This document shows positions 24,346-37,990 of a stretch of 64,000 bases of DNA, piece after piece (the stretch's first letter is position 1; the number at the start of each line of letters is the position of its first letter). Source of the DNA: Octopus sinensis (taxonomy: Eukaryota); NCBI RefSeq assembly GCF_006345805.1, contig NC_042997.1, forward strand, positions 23,064,001-23,128,000, written 5' to 3'. A program made the position numbers and the translations under genes. A model generated the notes under the pieces. It ran no database searches, had not been told where the DNA came from, and worked only from the letters and a program-made list of their open reading frames with translations.

Positions 24346-24864
24346 GGAGGATCATTGAGTATCTTGCAAGACAAGGGTCCCTCAATTGGGTAGTGGGAAT
24401 AGTATTGATGGGATGTGGCTTTGTGATAGGGTAATTATAGCTGGAATGCCTTAACAATAACAATCCTGGATGGTTGAAGTGCAAAGTTATCTGTGTGATT
24501 TTTCTTATTGCTTTAATTATTTTTTTATTATATTTAATGTTTATGTCTAGTACTGGATCATCATTTGCTAAAAAATCAGAAGAGTGTTACCAAATACTGG
24601 TGGGCTTTCTAGTTGGCATTTGAAGATATGTTCTCTGATAGTGTTTTGAGAATTTTGAATTAAAAATCTGAAAAGAGAATGTTAAATTTCATGAATACTT
24701 ATTGGTTTTCAAGGAATAGTCATCTTAATTAGTTCACAACTGAAATTTTGTTAAAAAAAAGAGAAGCTCAAGAACAAAGCTTGTTTTCTGGTATTGTCCC
24801 ACAATATATTTCAAACTGTCACTACCAATCCTAGATCCATGCATTTAGTATATCATATTGGTAA

Positions 24865-25185
24865 CAATCACGCTCAACTAGTGCTGGTGTCAGTGTTGCC
24901 TTATTGGCTCTTGTGCCAGTGGCATATGAAAAAAAACATTCAAGCGAAGTCGTTGCCAGTGCCACTGGACTGGCTCCTGTGCAGGTGGCATGTAAAAGCA
25001 CCATTTGAGCGTGGCCGTTGCCAGTACCACCTGACTGGCCCTCATGCCGGTGGCATGTAAAAGCACCCACTACACTCTCGGAATGGTTGGCGTTAGGAAG
25101 GGCATCCAGCTGTAGAAACTCTGCCAGATCAGATTGGAGCCTGGTGCAGCCATCTCGTTCGCCAGTCCTCAGTCAAATGATGATA
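24865..25185 (+). mobile_element. RTE-tailed SINE copy
   Basis: Nearly identical to 3290-3560. Confidence 0.85.
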
Positions 25186-25575
25186 ATACTTTCCAAATAC
25201 TGATAACTGAATAGCTCAAAATGGCATGAAATCTGAAGCAGAAGTATTGCTCTTTCATTTGATATATAAATATATATATGTGTACACACAATACATTCTT
25301 TACCTTTTCAGTTCAGCACCTAACTGATATTTTCCCCCAATTCTTCCCCAGATTAAAATTTTCTTCCGAGTGTCAAGTGTCTCTTGTTTGAGAACTATTG
25401 ATCTATTACCTGTTTAATAGTTCTTAATATTGTGTTTTATTAATGTATGAATTATGTTTACAATTTGTGTTACAAAAAGGTTTTGTAAATATACAAAAAA
25501 AAATTTGAAATGAATTGAAGTCATGTATTTATTTATGTAAGGTATGTATTGAAAGACATCCTCTATTTTTAACAG

Positions 25576-25674
25576 ATGACATTCAACCAAGTTACACTGA
25601 TTTATGTCTGGAATGTTGCAAGATTATTCTACAGTCAGTAAATGAAATACTTATACTCAATGTACATATGAAAG
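25576..25674 (+). CDS. KIF14: KIF14 exon, tail
   Basis: tttaacag acceptor, GTGAAC donor. DDIQPSYTDLCLECCKIILQSVNEILILNVHMK, inside ORF 25515-25745. Phase 1 to 1. Confidence 0.78.
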
Positions 25675-26084
25675 GTGAACATTTTATCATTGTTAAATTT
25701 GGTATTAAATTATTCACACATCACCATTGTTATCATTTTTCATGAATTTTACCATGCTAGGTGTTGGACAAGTCTCTGTATCTCACGGACATTCACCATT
25801 TGACACATAAAAACAGAAAAGTAGCAGGCTATGTGGTTATGCATGTTTTTCTGCTTTTCTTATTTGACAAAGTTTTAATGGTTGGACACACATGAACACA
25901 CCCGTTCTCTCTTTCTCTTTCCAGATGAGCAAGCTATGTATTCACCTCTCAAACAAGACACCTGCTCTTGCCCTATCATAGTTTTTGTCCTTCAGTACTA
26001 TACCCCACTCAGTTGTGGTGGTGCTTTGTCTTACAGGTACTTGGTGTCATGGAATATGGACCCAGTATACTGTGAAGTGGCTGA

Positions 26085-26225
26085 TATCTAGAAGGGCATC
26101 CAGCTGTAGAAACCAATCCAAAGCAGACATTGGAGCTTGGTGCAGCCCTTTGGCTTGTCTTTTTGTGTTGAATCATCTAACCAATGCCAGCATGGAAAAA
26201 GGGATGTTGAATGATGATGATGAAG
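26085..26225 (+). mobile_element. Diverged RTE-tail copy
   Basis: gaagggcatccagctgtagaaac..gatgatgatg. Confidence 0.7.
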
Positions 26226-28516
26226 CATACACACGTATGTGTGTATGTGCACATGCATACACATATGCTTCCTAGCTGCTATCACTACAACCATTCTAAT
26301 GTTAAATTTGCCATGCTTGTTTGGATAGTCAGGTTTTCTCCAGCTCTGCAGATTACCATCAACATGGTCTTTGCTATTTTTTTCATGAGTCAGCTTTCAC
26401 CACTTTATCCCCAATTCTTTCTGGTCTCTCTCTTTCACATCTTCCATTCACTTTGCACACTTGATATTTGCTTATATACAGCTGTCATCCTCTGTATTCA
26501 TCACATGCTTGTACCAGTGCAGTCTTCTTTTAAGCATACTGCATCAGATTTCTCTTTTATCCAGTTTCTAAAAGAGAAATTGGACAAAAGAGGAATCAGA
26601 TGCAGATATACCAGACATACATTTAGATAGAAAACACATAATATATTGCATTCCTACTTCTGTTATCCCATCTCCTGTAACCTACACATCATCATTACTC
26701 CTACTGCTTTTATTTATCATCTGACAATTCCTTAATTCTTTCATATCTTTATCATTGTCTACCTGCACCCAAGTTACCATTACTGGTTAGTATTTCTGTC
26801 TAGCATCATTGCTTGTATTTTCTATTAATGCCTCATACACAACAACCATTATCTTATTGTTGTTATAAGAATAATATCACAAGCTCTGCATCATTGCTCC
26901 CATTATTTCCTTTACCAGCCTCATTGTTTTCCAGTATTATCATCATTATTTAAGGTGGTAAAGTGGCAGAATCATTAGCACATTGGACAAAATAATTAGT
27001 GGCATTTCTTCCAGCTCATTACATTCTGAATTCAACTTTGCCTTTTATCCTTTTGAAATCAATAAATACCAGTTGAACACCAAGGTCGATTCAATTAAAT
27101 TAACTCTTCCTCTAAAATTGCTGGCCTTGTGCCAGAATTTGAAACCATTATCATTACCATTAGGTTATTATTAAATCAGATGCTGTTTAGAATGCTGTTC
27201 TATTCCCAAACACTCCATCACCATATCATTATGAGGTACCCCCTTACCCCTACTGCACTCTTTTCTGAACGCTATATGAGCAAATATATCTGCATATGTT
27301 ATGTATGTTTCTGTCCAAGTGTGTGGAGTTGGGCACCTGTATCTGCATGCATATGTTTTTATTGGGATGTCTGGATGCTATGTTTTGTACACCTGTCTGC
27401 ATTTAAACTGAGGTGTATTTTCGAAGTGTCTGTGAGCATTAAATGTATAGAAAAGATCTGAATGAGTATGTTTGTGTACATATATACACAAGTATGTACT
27501 TGTGTGCATATACATACATTCATGTCTGTCACAACCATCTGTGTGTGTGTGTGTATGTATGTGTATATATTATGCATAAAACATGTATATCTGTGTTTGT
27601 GTGTCTGCACACAGTGATAATGTATGAAGTGTTAGTGTATAAATGAACTACGATGTTTATGGTATTTAGTTGAACATGCATGTCTCCAATGTGTTGACAC
27701 ATGGTGGTATTGTGTATGTGTTCATTAGTGTAAATGCACTTGAACATGTGTATGATTGATGTATGTAGATATATGTAACTATGTGTTTCTGTATTTACAA
27801 ATGTGTGTATATGTGTCTCTCACACTAAATGTGCATGTAGTAAACTGCACTTCAAAATCTATAGATTTGTAATCAGTACTGCATGTGTAAACAGATATAA
27901 ACATCTTATCCTTATTGTAGAATATCTTAGTAGACTATAGAATAAAGGGGGATCAGCTGAATTAATTTCAATCCTGTGTTGGGATTTTATCAGTAGCTGA
28001 GTACCCCACAGTGTTAGGCAAAAGTCTAAAGATGTATTCTATAGTTCAGAACTACAATGAGTGGGGGGAAAACCCCAAAATTACTGTATCAATAATTTGT
28101 ACATATGTATGTATATACCTATGTACGAGTGTGCTATATTATACACAGCTCTCTAGGTGAGTGCTAGTCTGTAAATGCATGACTGCTGCTGGTATTCTAT
28201 GTGTATAAGGGGATAATTTTCCTTAATCTATTTTATACTTTATCATGTTTCTTTCGTACTTGACCACACACAACCCACTGGTCTCTCTCATTTACATTAT
28301 CTCTCCTATCTGAAGCTTGCCCTCAAGCAGATTCTTCATCATCATCCTACCACTATTAATCAGTTCCTTTCCTTCTATGTACCTGTCTGCTCATATGTAC
28401 CTGTGAGAGCATGATATACATGTTTACTCTAACGTGTTTTTATAAATATAACATACATACGTGTTTGTGTGTAAATGTAATATCAGTCTCAAAAATATGT
28501 GGTATTTATTTTGCAG

Positions 28517-28698
28517 TTATTTTACTTGAAGAAAATGTTGAAAAAGAATTGATTGAACTGTCATCAGTGTTATTTACATTATCATCATACTACAATAGTT
28601 GGTTCTTGTGCCAAAACATGGCATCTTTTTCTCATTTATGTAATTCACTTATAACTGCACTCAAAAAGCTAAAATTTGAAATGATGCAATTTTTCAAG
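28517..28698 (+). CDS. KIF14: KIF14 exon, helical tail
   Basis: ttttgcag acceptor, GTGAGA donor. VILLEENVEKELIELSSVLFTLSSYYNSWFL...ALKKLKFEMMQFFK, resembling KIF14 ...EVKKLGGYLQLFLQ. Confidence 0.87.
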
Positions 28699-29813
28699 GT
28701 GAGATTTCCCAGTTTTATATTCTAACACCTCTTATTTCTAATTATTTAATAACTAGAGTTGTACTTGTCTAGACCATGTCATTGAAACCGAATCAGTTAC
28801 ATTATAGAAGAAACATTTTAACCATCTTAAAAAAGAAAAACCTCTGTGTTTGTGTTTTAGATGGCTAAAATGACTCTTCCATGATTAGTTGCTGTTTAAT
28901 GACTGTTTTGCAGAAAGGAAGATTTTTAAAAAAAAGCATATCTGTTGTAAATAATACATTTCATTTGAATTTTCTTAAGAAATTGAATTTCAAATATATT
29001 ATAACCTTACTATTTTCATTTATTGAAACAAGATATTCTAACTGGCATTGGCTTGTAGCTTAAACATGTAATAACATACCCATGAATGTGCCTTTCAAAT
29101 CTCCTTCAAATCACACCTTGGTATCTTTAAAAAAAATGAAAGATACATTGGATAATGTAGTCCTAGATACTCTTAGAAAGACAAGATGGAATAAGGCTGA
29201 CTTGGAACTAAACAACAGTATGCTCAATTTAACTGTATTATTACAGTGACAGTAATAAGCTTATATTAGTTTAGTTATATCCAATTGAAAACTGTCTTCA
29301 GGAAAGTATCATCATTGTTTAACATGTGTCCTCCATGCTAGCGTGAGTTTGACAGGATCCAGTGAACCAACAAACTGTGTTGAGCTCCAATATCTGTTTT
29401 ATGGATGTCCTTTCTAACACCAGCTACTTTACACAGTGTATATCTTTGGAAAATTGATGAAGTAGCACTCATTCTTAAGTATTCTCTTGGCAAATATTTA
29501 TGTATTGCTGCTTTTTGCAGATGTGATACAAACTGTTGACTATCTGATCAGACCTATTATCAAAGGCATTCCAGCTTAATTCTATAAGAATCAATCATAT
29601 TAGTTACCAAAAATCTAGGCTGCTTGATGTTAGCCAGAAAAAAAATGAAGGCTAGAAGTGCTATAAAACATGATTGAAAAGTTAGTTAGAACTCATAAAA
29701 GGCATTTAGATAGTGAAATGGTATTGCAAAAGTACAAAATACTTAACAGTGATCAAATTATTTACATTTTAGCTAACACATTTGACAATGATTTTTTTGT
29801 TTTGTTTTTTAAG

Positions 29814-29960
29814 GCCTTTAGCACCCAGTGTAAAAAAAGTATTCAAGAAATTGGGGGAAACATTAATAATTGTATTGAAGATATAATTGTGAAAACTGCT
29901 AAATGTTCATTGGTTACGAATCAACTTATAAGTTTGCCTTGTGCTGATCTTGACAAAGAG
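29814..29960 (+). CDS. KIF14: KIF14 exon, helical tail
   Basis: ttttttaag acceptor, GTAAGA donor. AFSTQCKKSIQEIGGNINNCIEDIIVKTAKCSLVTNQLISLPCADLDKE. Phase 0 to 0. Confidence 0.85.
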
Positions 29961-30099
29961 GTAAGACTGCTTATATTGCTATATACTGCTAGAAATCTTA
30001 TAAATTTATATGAATATAAATTTTTTTTTAATGTAAAAATATCCATAAGCATGTTTTTATAACTAAATTTAGATTTATATGAAAATGTTTAAATGCACA

Positions 30100-31560
30100 T
30101 GATTTTTTAGGAGTTTATAATTCCAACTAAAGAGAGATGCCATGTCTGTTGTATTTTTTACAGTCTCTCCTAGACTTTTGAATTTGATATGATAGATCTT
30201 CAGCTTGAATTTTTGTAGGCTGATGTTAGGAAAATTGTGAACAGGTTTGTCTCGTTGGAGTTACACCTTTCTGTAGGTTAAGGTTTCATAAATAGATTTT
30301 TATGGATGAGGCCTATGAGAGTAGTACACAAGTTGATAGTACAGAGAAACAGGCAGTGTTGTTTTGGCAGTAGAAAGAAAGGATGGATATAGTGCATTAG
30401 TATACTAATGGTTGTAGTTATTAGTGACAGACGTTTTGCTGATAAAGTTAGACCTTTTGGATGTAGTTTAGACTGTGTGTTGCAGCTGCATTTGTCCAGA
30501 TATGAACTTAGTATTTTTATGGAGTGCTCTTATGCTCTCTATAGGCTTGGTAGCTATTAAGAAATTAATTAGCTTCTGCTTTTGGAGAGCAGGCATAACA
30601 TTTAAGATGTAGTTAAGGTTATAAACATGGTGGTCATGAGAAACAATCATAAACAGTGAAGCCAACCATTTGTAATAATTATGAAGAATTCAGTTTTGAA
30701 TTACTCATGAGTATATAAGATAAGTGCTGCATTTCTTGAACATATTTTCAAAATGAGATAGTACTGGTGTTTAACAAACAACAACAATTCTCCTGTAGAT
30801 CTGGCTTGATATGAACCATATTGCATTAGTTACTGGAGAGAAAAAGACAGTCTTGATGATACAAGGATGTTTTTTATGGCTACTGCCACCACTTTTGAGA
30901 TGTTTGAAGAACAATAGGTTGGTAATTAGCATTGTTAGAGATTTTTTTTTTTTTTTGCCTGTGGAAGAAATAGAACATACTGCTATGGAGAGAAAATAAG
31001 GCTGAAAAGCAATAGAAGGAACACTATAAGGATTAGGGACCTTGCTGAACTGAAGTGACTACACTTGGAAAATCTGCTCAAAATAGTAAAGCACTTGGAA
31101 TTGAGGGTGGTTCAGGATGTGTTGAGTTGTGCATGTGCTGAGTGAAATATGAAGCAAAGCAGGCAATAAATGTAGTGATTTTCAAAGTTTGATAACTTTG
31201 ATACAATTGATGTTTAGCTTCACTTTTTGTAAGTTGGTGCTCACATGAGAATATGTATAAAGAAGGAGTTCCAGAATGCTTTGGGAATGATTGGTGTTAG
31301 ATCTAGTGAAAAGAAAAGATGAAATAAGATAGACCACTTTTCAGATTTGAGGAATGTAAAGGAGATTGTTTAAGTTACTTGCTTATCTCTCTAATAGATC
31401 GAAAGTCAAGCACTTTTATTGCCTGGAGTAGTCAGTGTAGAATGGATAGACCCTCAACAAATCAACTGATTCATGCTAAGGATTCCTGATGAAGACTATG
31501 GTGTGGGATTGTATCAACTAGGCAATGATCACATATTTGTATGGAATCAGAGCCTATGGT
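30100..31560 (-). mobile_element. Highly decayed CR1/L2-like LINE ORF2 remnant
   Basis: Minus strand holds NYQPIVLQTSQK (NYRPI-like RT motif) with many stops and indels. Confidence 0.4.
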
Positions 31561-31875
31561 GAAATAAATTAAGCAATCCAAGTCTTTTGCTCTTGCAATG
31601 TAACTTTAAGTTTTTGTATTCTCTCCAGTTTTGAGAAAGATATTTAATTCTCTTTTTGTTATATTTAATAGCATGCTTATTCTTTTTCTATATTACACCT
31701 TTTCATTCACTCATTCTCTAAAAAGATCTTGTTTGCCTGTAATACATATTACTCAGTTCTGTTTCTTTCTTTTAGCTGTTTATACTGATTGGTATTTAAT
31801 CCAGAAATATTGATTATATGATTTGTCATAAAATATCTTTTATTTATTGACTTGTTTTTCTTTTCTTTTTTTCAG

Positions 31876-32013
31876 ATCAATAATTTTAATATATTAAGAA
31901 TATTCTTGGAAAGTTGCAAATTTTTTATAATCAACAATATACAAGAAGCTATTAAAAATATAGACAAAGTGTTACTTCCTCATTCAATTCCTGCAGCAAT
32001 TAACGTGACAAAG
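31876..32013 (+). CDS. KIF14: KIF14 exon, tail
   Basis: Long polypyrimidine tract + cag; weak GTCAAG donor. INNFNILRIFLESCKFFIINNIQEAIKNIDKVLLPHSIPAAINVTK. Confidence 0.8.
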
Positions 32014-32106
32014 GTCAAGATTTTTTTTTTTGTAATATTAATATTTTGTTTTATAACTGTTAAAATAGATAAAAATAATATTTTGTGATTTTATATCTTC
32101 TTTCAG

Positions 32107-32181
32107 CTGGACCTTTCCAAAGCCATTCTACATTTGGTTGCAACAATAAAATTATTCTTAAAGGAATCTTGTAAAATTTTG
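32107..32181 (+). CDS. KIF14: KIF14 exon, tail
   Basis: tctttcag acceptor, GTAAGC donor. LDLSKAILHLVATIKLFLKESCKIL. Phase 0 to 0. Confidence 0.83.
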
Positions 32182-33544
32182 GTAAGCCAAATTTGTTTTA
32201 CTCCTTCACACTTCTTGAAACACCAACTTACTAAGCAACTTAGTAAATAGTTGAAGTATTAAATTTCAGTTTATCCTCTTCGCTAAGCTAGTAATTGAAA
32301 TCCAGCTATTTGCATATGTCATCCTTACTTAATATTTCAAAGAAAAACAAAGCTTCCACTATAATTGAGTTTCGTTTTTCAAATCCAAACTGTTATTACA
32401 AATAATCCTGAAGGATTTTGGTAGTTATATTCAAGAAGTGATTTAGAAATATGAATAAAAAGTACTTACAGACATTTCTTCCACCACCCTGCCTATCCCA
32501 GTACTACCATTATACCCAGTTATAGTTTGCAAGTTTTGCATTCCATATTTTCCCTACAGTCATCAACTTGTATCTGTTCAAGAGAAAGAAAACTGTCAAC
32601 CTCACTGGTCTTGAAGGGCTTATTATGGTTATAAATATAGCCCTTTCTTCCACACTAAACCGATAAATGATTGTTTTACTATGATTGGAATTGTTCTGAG
32701 GGGTTAGAGAGAGAGGGGTTATATTAAGTGGATATATGATAGCAGAAAGAGAGAGATTATGTAAAGCAAGTGGAGGTATAATATGATGGGGTGGGGAGAA
32801 GTTTAGCATACAATACAAAAGGCAATTGAAATATGCACACACATCAATATCAGTTCTTAGCTTGGAGTTACTGCCCTTCTAGACAGGCCAAAGGACAGCT
32901 TACTCAGAGCATTCCATTTTTGATATGATTTATTAGGCTGGATTGCTCTTCCTGACACCAACCATTTTATAGAGGCACTAGCAAGGCAGTCCAATGGACC
33001 CTCTCAATTTTTGTCATAGTCACTAAACATAATGTACTGGTTGCATTTTATACAATGTACCTGCTTGTTTAAGGCAACATGTCCTAGGAGGAACAGAAAA
33101 AGAGTGTGAGGGAGAAACAAGGATGAGCATTAGCGCACAAGAGCTCATTGATGCTACATTATTCATGTACACTAACATTACATATATAACAAAGCATGCT
33201 CATTTCATTTTTTTTCTAGTTTTTGTGAATCTTCTACATTCAAGGCTCATGTTTTGTTAGCATGCTGTATCACATTCCATGCTACCTTCCTTTATCATCA
33301 GCAGAGATCACAATTCCTTGAACTATTTGGTTCTTTCTCTGATGTCAGAGACCTCCAGTTCCACTTCTAATTAGATCACTTAAGTAATAGAAACTATCAT
33401 TTATTTCTAGGGAGCTGTTTGAGCATTCGTCAGTCTATTTCATGTGTGCTTTTGATGTTCACTACACCAGTGTATCTCCTGCATCTAAAGTCTTATGTGT
33501 GAATGTATGAAATATAAAATAATTTACTTACCTTACATACGAAT

Positions 33545-33790
33545 GGAACTAGCAATGATCTAAGAAGGAAGTCTGTACATGGTTACTCAACTTGCTAGAA
33601 ATAATAGCCAAATTTCCCTTAGCAGATGATACTTCTTTCTAAAGAAAAAAAGGATACATTGGATAAGGTAATCCTTGATATACTTTGCCTGATAGAAAAA
33701 AAAAAAAAAAGATGGATGATCATGGCTAAAATGTCTGACCACAGGTCTGTTCAATAAGGGCTGACCTGGAACTAAAGAACAACAACATAA
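33545..33790 (+). mobile_element. Member of a further dispersed repeat family (catggttactcaacttgctag..gggctgacctgg..aacaac)
   Basis: Related copies at about 6950-7160, 29090-29210, 40430-40570, 41930-42060 (minus) and 57580-57760. Confidence 0.65.
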
Positions 33791-35496
33791 CAAGCAGTTG
33801 TCAGGAATGCAGACAGAGAGAGGGAGATAACAACATTGAGAAGTGTAAAGAGTCATGATAGAGAACAAATTTACACAAAGTAAAAGAGCAGAAGAAAGTT
33901 AATTTAGGTTTCTATGAAGACAAAACAAACAATTGTGATCTTCATGAGTAGTAGTAAATAGCAGAAAGATAAAGGCTGTGCATAGGGAAATGGCAAACCA
34001 ATCATTCTATTTGAAAGAATTTGTATCAGAATGTGGAATCACAAATATATTTCTTGTGTGTCAGCTTAAAATTTCTTTTGCAGTTAACTTTAAAGTGGTA
34101 CACTGTAGATAGGCAGGGTCTGAGAAACTAGATATACATGATTAGCTTTATTAGCTCTGTTCAAGCCATTTCGTAGCTACATTAAAATTGACAATGAATT
34201 CAAAGAAGAATTTGGCACAAAGAATTTTCTCCTCCCAGGGCTTTGTCCTCAACTCCCTATTATTTATTAAATGTTATTGAAGCAATAATTTTTAACAAGA
34301 CTAGAGATGTCATTGAAAATATTTATAGGTATTTGGATCAAAGTTCTCATAACAGAATTTGTTAAAATCTCCAGTAATATTTTCAAACCTGGCAAAGACC
34401 AAAGTGATAGTTAGAAAAGTATAACTAGTATGATTGAGAAAGTTTGTTTGCTTGATGTATAAGGAAGAGAGTAGTTAGAAAATTGATAGTGTGTGAAGAA
34501 TATTCTGCTACCTAGGGCCTAATTAGGTAATTATTATGAATGTATAGAATTTAGAATAAGAACGGCAGTGATGAGATCTAGCGAACTGTTACATTTTCTT
34601 TTGGCTACTGTTAGCGTTTTTTTTTTTTGTTGTTGTTTGTTTTGGTATTATGCAAACAGCTACACGGTAATCTAATATGGGTGTTTGACATGGAAAGCTA
34701 GTAACGGCTAAAAAGAAAGAAGTTCAATATGATCCCTTACATGTGCAGCATTAATTTGCATGCAGAGCACAAGTAAACTTGGAGTTAAAGGTGATGTTTG
34801 CAGGATTGCCGTACTGTATGGACAAATGATACAAATAGATGTCAGTGTTTGGTAGAGAAGTGCTTTAAGTGGAAGGTATCAAGGAAGACATGAGAATTTG
34901 TAATGGGATAGTGATCACATTATTGGATATTTATGAGGGATTAAAGGGATCAAAACTAGTGGTAATATGCTAAACAGATCCATGGAGAAGCAATGTTATT
35001 TTACCATTATCTTTTGGATTTGTGAAGGCATATTACTGAGAAGAAATCTATTAATTTATATTGCACTTTAGAAAATGTTGGTTTGATGGTATATCAATGC
35101 TTTTCTTTTATCAAAAATGATTTACAAAAATGAATCTTTGGCAATATTGGTATCATTCTTTTTCATTGTAAAAAAAAAAAAGTATCTGATTATGGAATAG
35201 TAACATAAAGTATAAACTTGTTGAGAAATGGATGTAAATTTTTTTTATTTGTTGTTGTCCTTTCATGATCATTATTTTACATTGTTAGCATGGGTTGTCA
35301 CAGTCCAAATCATTTGTTATTGGGAGCTATTATTAACACAGTCTGGTGCTTGTACCTTTCCTTATGGCTTAGTTTCTACAACTGGATGACTTTCCTATCA
35401 TCAACCACTTTATAGAGTGTGCTGGGTCATTTTCTTGTGGCGCCAGCACTAGAGAAGTTGCCAAGTTCTCAGGTCAACTCTCAGCCTTTTCCTCTG

Positions 35497-35822
35497 CAGC
35501 GTTTCTCAACTGGGGTTCCACGGAACCCTGGGGTTCTACAAAAGGTTCCTAGAAGTTCTGCGTGAAAGAGTGAGATGAGCTAATGCTAATTTCATGATCA
35601 TAATATTACTATATATGCACAACATATTGGTTACTGTAATATAGACATCATCCTTTCTAACCTATTATGTTATTAAAAAAAATAACCTTTGGGGATTTAT
35701 TTAGTGAACTATGATGAAAAAATATGAGAAAGATATGGTATATAATTTCTTTCGTGCAGGAGTTCCTTGAGATGTAAATTTATTTAAGGGTTATGCAAGG
35801 GTAAAAAGGTTGAGAAACACTG
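35497..35822. mobile_element. hAT (Charlie-like) MITE
   Basis: TIRs CAGCGTTTCTCAAC / GTTGAGAAACACTG (1 mismatch in 14). Right flank CTCTAGAG fits the Charlie NTCTAGAN target; the left TSD is not intact. Confidence 0.75.
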
Positions 35823-36052
35823 CTCTAGAGGGTGCATCAAGAGTGGAAAAGCCTTTCTCTTTGCACTAGCACAGGAGAAGTTGCCATATAAAGAGTACTA
35901 GCTGCCTTAAGGCTGTATGTATGTTACCAAGAAGGGGAATAGGAAAGAGTATGATAATAATAGAGACAGTGACTAAGCTAAATTTAGAAATTAATATAAA
36001 ATATTTTAGAATGTTTAGGAAATTTCTCATTTAAAAAAATTTTTACATTCAG

Positions 36053-36197
36053 ACAAGCAAGTTTGACAGTAGCTGGAAAACAAAAGCATTCTTCACGTCA
36101 CATATGTACAAAGATTATCAAAGTTACCATTTCAACATGAAAAAACTTGTTGGAAGCGGATCATCTCTAATACTTATTAAGACAACTTCCAGTAAAG
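36053..36197 (+). CDS. KIF14: KIF14 exon, distal tail
   Basis: cattcag acceptor, GTTTGT donor. TSKFDSSWKTKAFFTSHMYKDYQSYHFNMKKLVGSGSSLILIKTTSSK. Phase 0 to 1. Confidence 0.75.
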
Positions 36198-36647
36198 GTT
36201 TGTATTTATGATACTTTTCCTTTAATGAAAAACAATGGATATTTTTCAATTTGTTTGATAACTGCACAATTTCCCATTAGTAATTGATTATACAAAAGCA
36301 CTTGAATGATTTTCCAAAATCAACAGAAGAGTAAAATTAATATAAGAAAAATGCAGAAAAGCTAGTATCAAGATTCTAATCTTTTGCACCATAATCTATT
36401 TCTTTGTTTTGGTACTATATTCACTTTTTCATTACAATACTTAATTTGTTTGAAATGATGTTTTTTGTAACTTAATTTATGACATGTTTAGAGTCATATC
36501 AATATTATGTGTTGCCAAATTAAAAACCTATTGGCTTTTCCAACAGAATTTTAAATTTTCAAATATAAAGAAGCCAAGAGTTGATAAAGTGATTGTGAAT
36601 ATTCTGAATTATGTAATTGTTTTTATATGCTTTTGTTAATTTTGCAG

Positions 36648-36916
36648 ATAAACTCAAAAAAGCTGAAAATGTAATCAGGATAGTTGATGGAATTTCTTCT
36701 ACTGTAGAAAAACTTTTTCTTTTGTTAAAAGAACCCAAAAGTGGTAAACCAACTACTAGTGACAGTAAAAGTAATTCTGATGACTCAGATATAGTTGATG
36801 TTACAGAAGAAAATAATTTAAAACAATTGGAGGGTATTAAGCAAGAAACATTAGTGATAGCTAACAAATTAAAATCAATTGCTGAAAAGCCCTCATTTGT
36901 ATCTAAACGTAACTAG
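36648..36916 (+). CDS. KIF14: KIF14 last coding exon, TAG stop at 36914-36916
   Basis: tttgcag acceptor, phase 1. DKLKKAENVIRIVDGISSTVEKLFLLLKEPKSG...KPSFVSKRN*. The 20 exons total 2707 nt, which closes the frame exactly. Confidence 0.8.
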
Positions 36917-36937
36917 TATGATATCAATATTTATGCT

Positions 36938-37070
36938 GCCATGGTCAACTTTGCCTTTCATCCTTTCAGGATTGATAAAATAAGTACCAGTTAAGCACTG
37001 GGGTTGATATTGACTTACCCCTTCTATTAAAATTGTTGGTTGTGTGCCAAAACTTAACACCATTATATTA
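36938..37070 (+). mobile_element. SINE fragment in the proximal KIF14 3' UTR
   Basis: gtcaactttgcctttcatcctttcaggattgataaaataagtaccagttaagcactgggg begins about 20 nt after the stop. Confidence 0.7.
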
Positions 37071-37133
37071 ATAATATTTATCTGTGATATGTGAATTGTA
37101 TTAATTTAATATTACTAAAGTTTGTAAATGAAA

Positions 37134-37139
37134 AATAAA
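37134..37139 (+). promoter_or_regulatory. Candidate polyadenylation signal of KIF14
   Basis: AATAAA about 220 nt after the stop. The region is AT-rich and contains other AATAAA hexamers, so the one in use is uncertain. Confidence 0.35.
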
Positions 37140-37419
37140 ATGAAACAACTCTAATTCAAAATCTAGTGTAAATACTAATATTTTTATTTTTACAAAAATA
37201 TATGTAATTAAAATTTCCAAATAAAATGGGTAAAAACAAATTTAAAGTTTTAATGAGTCTCTTATATCAATGCAATAATTAATATTTATGCACATTTTCA
37301 GTGACATCATTTCCATGTAATGAATTCTTTCTTCTAAACTTAACCAAAAAACGATATCGTTTTTTGGTTAAGTGCAAAGAAGAGCCTGTTTAAATGAAGC
37401 TATAGTGGTAACCAAGAAG

Positions 37420-37990
37420 TAAAATTAAACTGCTGGAACCAAATTCGACGACTGGCACCCATGCCAACCTCCCTTCATTGGACACTAAACTCTGCTTGCA
37501 AAGACCTGTTGGGGCAAGTAAAATCGAAATTGAACCAAATTCGATGACTGGCACCCGTGCCAGTGGAGCGCTAACAGCTCCATCTGAGTGGGATCACTGC
37601 CAGAGCAGCTGTCTGGCTTCCGTGCCGGTGGACACATAAAAAGCACCATCTGAGCATGATTGTTACCAGCATCGCCTTACTGGCACTTGTACTGGTGGCA
37701 CGTGAACAAAACATTCGAGCGAAAAATAGTGCCGCTGGATTGACTCCTGTGCAGGTGGCACGTAAAAAACACTATTTCGAGCGTGGCCGTTGCCAGTAAC
37801 ACCAGACTGGCCCTCATGCAGGTGGCACGTAAAAGCACCCACTGCACTCTCGGAATGGATGGCGTTAGGAAGGGTATCCAGCTGTAAAAATTGTCAGATC
37901 AGATTGGAGCAGCCACCTGGTTCGCCAGTCCTCAGTCAAATTGTCCAACCCATGTTAGCATGGAAAGCGGACGTTAAAGGATGATGATAT
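37420..37990 (+). mobile_element. Long RTE-tailed SINE / 3' UTR copy with tandem units
   Basis: Duplicated aaccaaattcga..actggcaccc, about 4 gtggcacgtaaaaa units, (ATG)n tail. Confidence 0.85.
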
